Shown one piece after another: positions 7,615-11,378 of a stretch of DNA of 11,378 nucleotides (the first letter of the stretch is position 1; each line of letters opens with the position of its first letter). The notes beneath the pieces were generated by a model, which had not been told where the DNA came from, did not search any database, and saw only the letters and a list, made by a program, of their open reading frames with translations. Origin of the DNA: Thermoanaerobaculia bacterium (GTDB lineage Bacteria; Acidobacteriota; Thermoanaerobaculia; UBA5066); the NCBI GenBank assembly GCA_963816185.1, contig CAWFJJ010000022.1:1-11378 (forward strand). The letters run 5' to 3'. A program made the translations under genes and the position numbers.

Positions 7615-7831
7615 GGGTGAGCGCGAGGATCTCGTCCGTGCTCAGGCCGGACGTGGCCTTACCCTTCAGCCGCGCGACGACGTTCGCGCCCCGTCTCCCG
7701 CTCTCCCGCACCTTCCGGATGACCACCGCGCCGCCCCGCGCCTCGAACGCCACCTCGGTGTCCGGCAGCAGGCCGAACCTCTGTCGGATCCCGATCGGGA
7801 TCGTGACCTGGCCCTTGGACGTGATCTTCAT
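7607..7831 (-). CDS. vapB: AbrB/MazE/SpoVT-family DNA-binding antitoxin (VapB-type), 74 aa
   Basis: MKITSKGQVTIPIGIRQRFGLLPDTEVAF is the swapped-hairpin signature; C-terminal LSTDEILALTRG. GAGGT lies 7 nt upstream of the ATG at 7831, so the ORF-track start at 7861 is not used. Confidence 0.92.
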   Translation of the reverse strand: MKITSKGQVTIPIGIRQRFGLLPDTEVAFEARGGAVVIRKVRESGRRGANVVARLKGKATSGLSTDEILALTRG

Positions 7832-7845
7832 GGGCGCCACCTCGA

Positions 7846-7875
7846 GTAAGAATCTTACCATGGATACTCTTACCA
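7846..7875 (-). promoter_or_regulatory. vapBC promoter/operator
   Basis: Palindrome GTAAGA-A-TCTTAC at 7846-7858. TCTTACCA is repeated at 7853-7860 and 7868-7875. The minus-strand extended -10 TGgTAAGAT (7860-7852) overlaps the palindrome, the usual layout for TA autorepression. Confidence 0.75.
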
Positions 7876-7897
7876 GACGTCCGGGCCGCCGCGTCGC

Positions 7898-8854
7898 CTA
7901 CTTTTTCGCGCCCGCCTTCTTCAGGATCTCCACGAGCTCCGTGCGCTTGTAGAGCTCCGCGAACATGAGCGGCGTGGCGCCGCCCTTGGCGCGGGCGCTC
8001 GGGTCGGCGCCCGCCTTGAGGAGCGCCTTGATGCTCGAGGCCGAGCATCCGCCCTCGACGGCCCAGAGGAGGGACGTCGAGCCGTTCATGTCCGCCGCCT
8101 TCACGTCACCCCCGCCGGCCGTGAGCGCCTCGAGGACCTCGGAGCGGGGCTTGCCCCCTTGCTGGTTGCCGCAGCCCATCGCCGCCAGGAGCATGGGATG
8201 AATGTCGCCCTCCGCGTGCGCGTTCGGCGACATTCCGATCGCGAGGAAGAGGCGCACGGCCTCGAGGTTCGCGTCCGAGACCGCGTGCCGGAACGACCCC
8301 TCGTCGTACGCGTAGCCGAGCTTGCCGAGCGCGAGCTTCTTGTCGTCGCCCGGCGCCGCCGCGCCGAAGCTCTTGGCCTCGGGCTCGAGCTCGAGAGTCC
8401 CTCCGGGTGCGACTGTCGCCTTCACGTTCGCGTGAAAGTGCCAGTCCTGGCCCATCATCTTGGATTTGAACTCGGCCTCGACGCGGCCTGACCCGTACTT
8501 CCGGAGGTCGAGGGTGGGGCGCTCCTGGCCCATTTGGCCGCTCGCGGGTAAGTTCGCGTCGTAGGGAACCGCGCGCACGGTGTCGCTCCCGACGTTCCAG
8601 AGGATTCTCACGGCGTGGAGCTGCCCGTCCTTCGCGAGCTTCGCGAGACGCGCGACGGAGCGATCCCCCTCCACCTTCCTGTCGGACGCGAGGATGACGA
8701 GCCATTTCTGCCCGTCCTCGTCCGTTTCTTCGGTGGCGGCGACCGCCTTGAGGATCGTCGTCTTTCCGTTAACCGTGAGCGTCCCGAGCGCATCGTCGGC
8801 GAGCGCCGGGGCGGACAGAGTCGCGGCGAGGAGGACGAGTGCGGCATTCTTCAT
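7898..8854 (-). CDS. Exported protein with unknown N-terminal beta-rich domain and C-terminal ankyrin repeats, ~318 aa
   Basis: Signal peptide MKNAALVLLAATLSAPALA-DD; ankyrin-like units AVSDANLEAVRLFLAIGMSPNA, HPMLLAA...LEALTAGGGDVKA, GSTSLLWAV...IKALLKAGADPSA and GATPLMFA...LVEILKKAGA. TATACT lies 7 nt before the ATG at 8854. Confidence 0.87.
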   Translation of the reverse strand: MKNAALVLLAATLSAPALADDALGTLTVNGKTTILKAVAATEETDEDGQKWLVILASDRKVEGDRSVARLAKLAKDGQLHAVRILWNVGSDTVRAVPYDANLPASGQMGQERPTLDLRKYGSGRVEAEFKSKMMGQDWHFHANVKATVAPGGTLELEPEAKSFGAAAPGDDKKLALGKLGYAYDEGSFRHAVSDANLEAVRLFLAIGMSPNAHAEGDIHPMLLAAMGCGNQQGGKPRSEVLEALTAGGGDVKAADMNGSTSLLWAVEGGCSASSIKALLKAGADPSARAKGGATPLMFAELYKRTELVEILKKAGAKK

Positions 8855-8861
8855 CACGCGG

Positions 8862-8867
8862 AGTATA
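8862..8867 (-). promoter_or_regulatory. sigma70-type -10 element (TATACT) for a probably leaderless ankyrin gene
   Basis: The minus strand reads cccTATACTccgcgtgATG; no SD between the hexamer and the start. Confidence 0.6.
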
Positions 8868-8875
8868 GGGAGTTT

Positions 8876-8891
8876 CGGCCCGCCGATTGCT
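8876..8891 (+). promoter_or_regulatory. sigma54 (-24/-12) promoter of the yceI-family gene
   Basis: CGGCCCG-CCGA-TTGCT with GG (8877-8878) and GC (8889-8890) exactly 10 nt apart. Predicted +1 near 8902, followed by AAGGAGGT (8906-8913) and ATG at 8920. Confidence 0.7.
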
Positions 8892-8919
8892 TCCGCCGAG
8901 AGATGAAGGAGGTCCTTCC

Positions 8920-9501
8920 ATGAGAGGAAAACTCGTCCCGGGCGCCGTCCTGGCCTCGACGCTCGTTTGCGCGGCCGCAAACGGCGAGACGTGGGCGGTC
9001 GACACCCACCAATCGTCTTTCACCGTGTACGTCTTCAAGTCAGGCCTCTTCTCCGCCTTCGGCGACAACCACGAAGTGCGGGCGACGGTCTCGTCGGGAT
9101 CCGTTTCCGACGGAGAAAAGCCGGCGGTGGAGATCGCGGTGGACGCACGTCAGATGACGGTGCTCGACCCGCAGCTCGCCAAGGACAAACGGGCCGAGGT
9201 GCAGAAGCGCATGCTCGGGCCGGAGGTGCTCGACGTCGCGAAGTTCCCGGAGATCCGCTTCAAGTCCACGGCGGTGAAGCAGATCGCAGAAGGGCGCTGG
9301 CGCGTCGAAGGGGACCTGGAGTTGCACGGGAAGAAAGTGCCTCTGTCGTTCGAGGTCACAGGCTCGAAGGAGAGGTTTCGCGGCTCGGCGACCGTCCGTC
9401 AGCGAGCTTTCGGCATCAAGCCGATCAGCGCCGGAGGCGGCACGGTCAATGTGAAAGACGAAGTCAAGGTCGATTTCGAGATCGTGACGGCCAGGCCCTG
9501 A
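8920..9501 (+). CDS. YceI-family lipid/polyisoprenoid-binding protein, exported, 193 aa
   Basis: Strong SD; signal peptide MRGKLVPGAVLASTLVCAAANG; WAVDTHQSSFTVYV, VLDVAKFPEIRFKST, VEGDLELHGKK, RAFGIKP and VKDEVKVDFEI are YceI motifs. Confidence 0.92.
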   Translation: MRGKLVPGAVLASTLVCAAANGETWAVDTHQSSFTVYVFKSGLFSAFGDNHEVRATVSSGSVSDGEKPAVEIAVDARQMTVLDPQLAKDKRAEVQKRMLGPEVLDVAKFPEIRFKSTAVKQIAEGRWRVEGDLELHGKKVPLSFEVTGSKERFRGSATVRQRAFGIKPISAGGGTVNVKDEVKVDFEIVTARP

Positions 9502-9510
9502 CGGCGTTCC

Positions 9511-10419
9511 TCAGCGCAGGTGGAAGCGCAGGAGCGCCCGAACGTTGAAGAGGCCGTCGTTCTGCGTGTCGAAATTTGGCGGCCGCTTGACGAGAAGCGG
9601 GCTGTAGAACGCCTCGGCCGCGATCGAGGCGGTCTTCCCGAGCGGCCAACCGGCTCCCGCGGCCACCCAACCCGTCCAGCCATGGGTCGCAAGACGGGTG
9701 TTGTCGGGCTTTCCCCCCGTAAAGGCGCCGACCTGGAACACGAGGTCGTTGTACGTCCCGCCGACGGCGAAGTGGATGTTTCCGCCGCCGCCGACCTTGA
9801 CGCCGCCTGTCAGGGCCGCGCCCACGTTGTCGAGCGTGGCGGAGTCCGTCGAGCGCGCGTCGCAATTCTTGGGGTTGCCGGGCGAGCCCGGCGGCTGCGC
9901 GACGACGTCTTCCGAGCACGTGTAATCGCCCTTCGAGTGACCGACCTGACCGTAAAGCCGACCGCCCGTCGCCCAGGAGTCCCCGACGAAGAACGGCCGT
10001 TCGAGCGCCGCGTCGAAGAGGTTCGTTCTCTGACCGTTGATCCCGACCGGGGGCACCCATCCGGCCTCGGCAGAGAAACCGCCGGGGAGGCCCACCGTCA
10101 ATCTCGGTCGGCCGTACACCGCGAGCTTGTTAAGGTCTTCGAGAGCCGTTCCGCCGAAGCCCACCAGGCGCTGGCTCTCGCTCAGATGGGGAATCCAACC
10201 CCCCTCGAGGCCGAAGTCGATTGCGCCCGGCTGCCGAAAGACCGGCGGCCCGATGGCTGTGAACGTCGTGACCGCGCTGAAATACTTCAGAGCCCACGCC
10301 TCGGGGCTGTTGAAGTCGATCTGCTGTGCTGCTGCCCGCCACCCGGCTGCGAGCAGGAAGAAAAATACCGTCGCTCTTACCGCACCTGTCCTCTTTTGTC
10401 TTCTCGGTGAATCTGCCAT
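9511..10419 (-). CDS. Hypothetical exported protein, possible outer-membrane beta-barrel, ~302 aa
   Basis: Hydrophobic signal-like TVFFFLLAAGWRAAA-QQ; amphipathic Gly/aromatic strands (IDFGLEGGWIP, FSAEAGWVPP, IHFAVGGTY, WVAAGAGWP, IAAEAFYSP) and terminal LFNVRALLRFHLR; a Cys pair flanks a Pro-rich loop. The start is uncertain; ATG at 10419 chosen. Confidence 0.7.
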   Translation of the reverse strand: MADSPRRQKRTGAVRATVFFFLLAAGWRAAAQQIDFNSPEAWALKYFSAVTTFTAIGPPVFRQPGAIDFGLEGGWIPHLSESQRLVGFGGTALEDLNKLAVYGRPRLTVGLPGGFSAEAGWVPPVGINGQRTNLFDAALERPFFVGDSWATGGRLYGQVGHSKGDYTCSEDVVAQPPGSPGNPKNCDARSTDSATLDNVGAALTGGVKVGGGGNIHFAVGGTYNDLVFQVGAFTGGKPDNTRLATHGWTGWVAAGAGWPLGKTASIAAEAFYSPLLVKRPPNFDTQNDGLFNVRALLRFHLR

Positions 10420-10430
10420 GCCAGTCGCGC

Positions 10431-10446
10431 TGCAACAAACGGGCCG
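10431..10446 (-). promoter_or_regulatory. sigma54 (-24/-12) promoter of the putative beta-barrel gene
   Basis: The minus strand reads CGGCCCG-TTTG-TTGCA with exact GG-N10-GC spacing, intergenic and correctly oriented; predicted +1 near 10420. Confidence 0.68.
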
Positions 10447-10510
10447 ATTCCGCGCAGGCTCTTCTTTCAAACGTGAGCAGCGTCACCGCGCCGCCGCGGC
10501 GATCAAGAAA

Positions 10511-11378
10511 TCATTTCATCGGCGCGGCGCGCTTTTCGACCGTGACCTTCTCGCCGATCGAGATCGCCATGAGGTCGTAGCCGACGGCGAGAGGGCCCGA
10601 GTACGTCTTGCGGGTCGGGGCGACGAGGTCTTTCTCCGTGGCGGGTGACGGCACGATGTGAGAGTAAACGGCGAGGCGGGGCTTCACTTCCGCGAAGATC
10701 TTCCCTGCGTCTTCCGGCGTCGTATGGTGGGCGATGATGCGTTGCACCCTCGTGGCGTCGGCCAGCGCCGACCGCAACACCTCGACGGACGGGACCACCA
10801 CCTCGTGCACGAGGACGTCGCAGCTCTTCGCGTGTGCCACGAGGTTCTCGGAGTAGCGCGTGTCGCCCGACAAAACGACGGACTTCCCCTCATAGTCGAT
10901 CCGGTAGCCGTACGCCGGCTTCACCGGCCCGTGGTCCACCACGAAAGCGGTCACCTTCACTCCGGCGAGCTCGACGATCGCCTCTGGAAGGATGTCCTTC
11001 GCGTCAATCACGGCACCCGCGCCGGGCAGGCGTTCATCGAGATCTCTCCGCGTCTTCACGTCGAACTCGAAGGCCCTCTCGAGATTCGTCGTGAGGGCGA
11101 CCGTCCCTTCCGGACCTTTCATAGAAAGCGGCCTCGCCCGGCCGAACAGCCACCCCGTCAGCCACAGGTCGGGCAGTCCGACGACATGGTCGGAATGGAG
11201 ATGCGTCAGGAGGACGAGGTCGATTCCCGACAGGAGGTCGCGGCCGCCGATCGAAAAAAGGCGCTGCGTCGCGCCGCGTCCGGCGTCCACGAGGATTCGC
11301 GTCGTTCCGGCCTCCACGAGGATCGACGGCCCGAAGCGCGCCATCGACGGCCGCGGGTTGCCGGTGCCGAGGAGCGTG
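10511..11378 (-). CDS. MBL-fold metallo-hydrolase, RNase Z/AtsA arylsulfatase-like; 5' end lies outside the window
   Basis: The frame stays open upstream of the ORF-track Met and reads TLLGTGNPRPS-MARFGPSILVE. Motifs LVDAGRG, THLHSDH, VDHGP, SGDT, DVLVHE, HHTTP and YSHIVP are present. Confidence 0.93.
   Translation of the reverse strand, partial: TLLGTGNPRPSMARFGPSILVEAGTTRILVDAGRGATQRLFSIGGRDLLSGIDLVLLTHLHSDHVVGLPDLWLTGWLFGRARPLSMKGPEGTVALTTNLERAFEFDVKTRRDLDERLPGAGAVIDAKDILPEAIVELAGVKVTAFVVDHGPVKPAYGYRIDYEGKSVVLSGDTRYSENLVAHAKSCDVLVHEVVVPSVEVLRSALADATRVQRIIAHHTTPEDAGKIFAEVKPRLAVYSHIVPSPATEKDLVAPTRKTYSGPLAVGYDLMAISIGEKVTVEKRAAPMK

Noticed and set aside
10408-10423. Second sigma54-like TGGCATG-GCAG-ATTCA on the minus strand
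   Set aside because: It lacks the -12 GC; the site at 10431-10446 fits much better.
9464-10648. ORFs 9464..10060, 9520..10410 and 10037..10648
   Set aside because: They overlap the better-supported minus-strand gene that has a signal peptide and promoter.
10511-11378. Calling the MBL gene rnz or a beta-lactamase
   Set aside because: The motifs place it in the RNase Z/sulfatase-like group, but the N-terminus is missing and substrate cannot be assigned from motifs.

Overview
A gene-dense, high-GC bacterial window; the style suggests Acidobacteriota, but that is only an inference. It holds 10 complete genes and one truncated gene. In order: an exported Ser-type dienelactone-hydrolase-family protein (-), a divergent tricorn-like S41 protease (+), a lower-GC standalone FRG-domain gene (-), an exported alpha/beta-hydrolase-like protein (+), a helical hypothetical protein (+), an AbrB-type VapBC toxin-antitoxin pair with a palindromic operator (-), an exported ankyrin-repeat protein (-), a YceI protein (+), a putative outer-membrane/exported beta-rich protein (-) and a 5'-truncated RNase Z/sulfatase-like MBL hydrolase (-). 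I see no CRISPR array, transposase, integrase or complete RNA gene. The best signals are regulatory. (1) The convergent yceI and beta-rich genes have near-identical sigma54-type promoters (TCGGCCCG-N4-TTGCW). (2) The FRG gene and the vapBC operon have similarly placed palindromes in front of their ribosome-binding sites. (3) Several genes look leaderless. (4) The window may begin at a tRNA 3' end. All system-level interpretations are hypotheses from manual reading; no searches were run.
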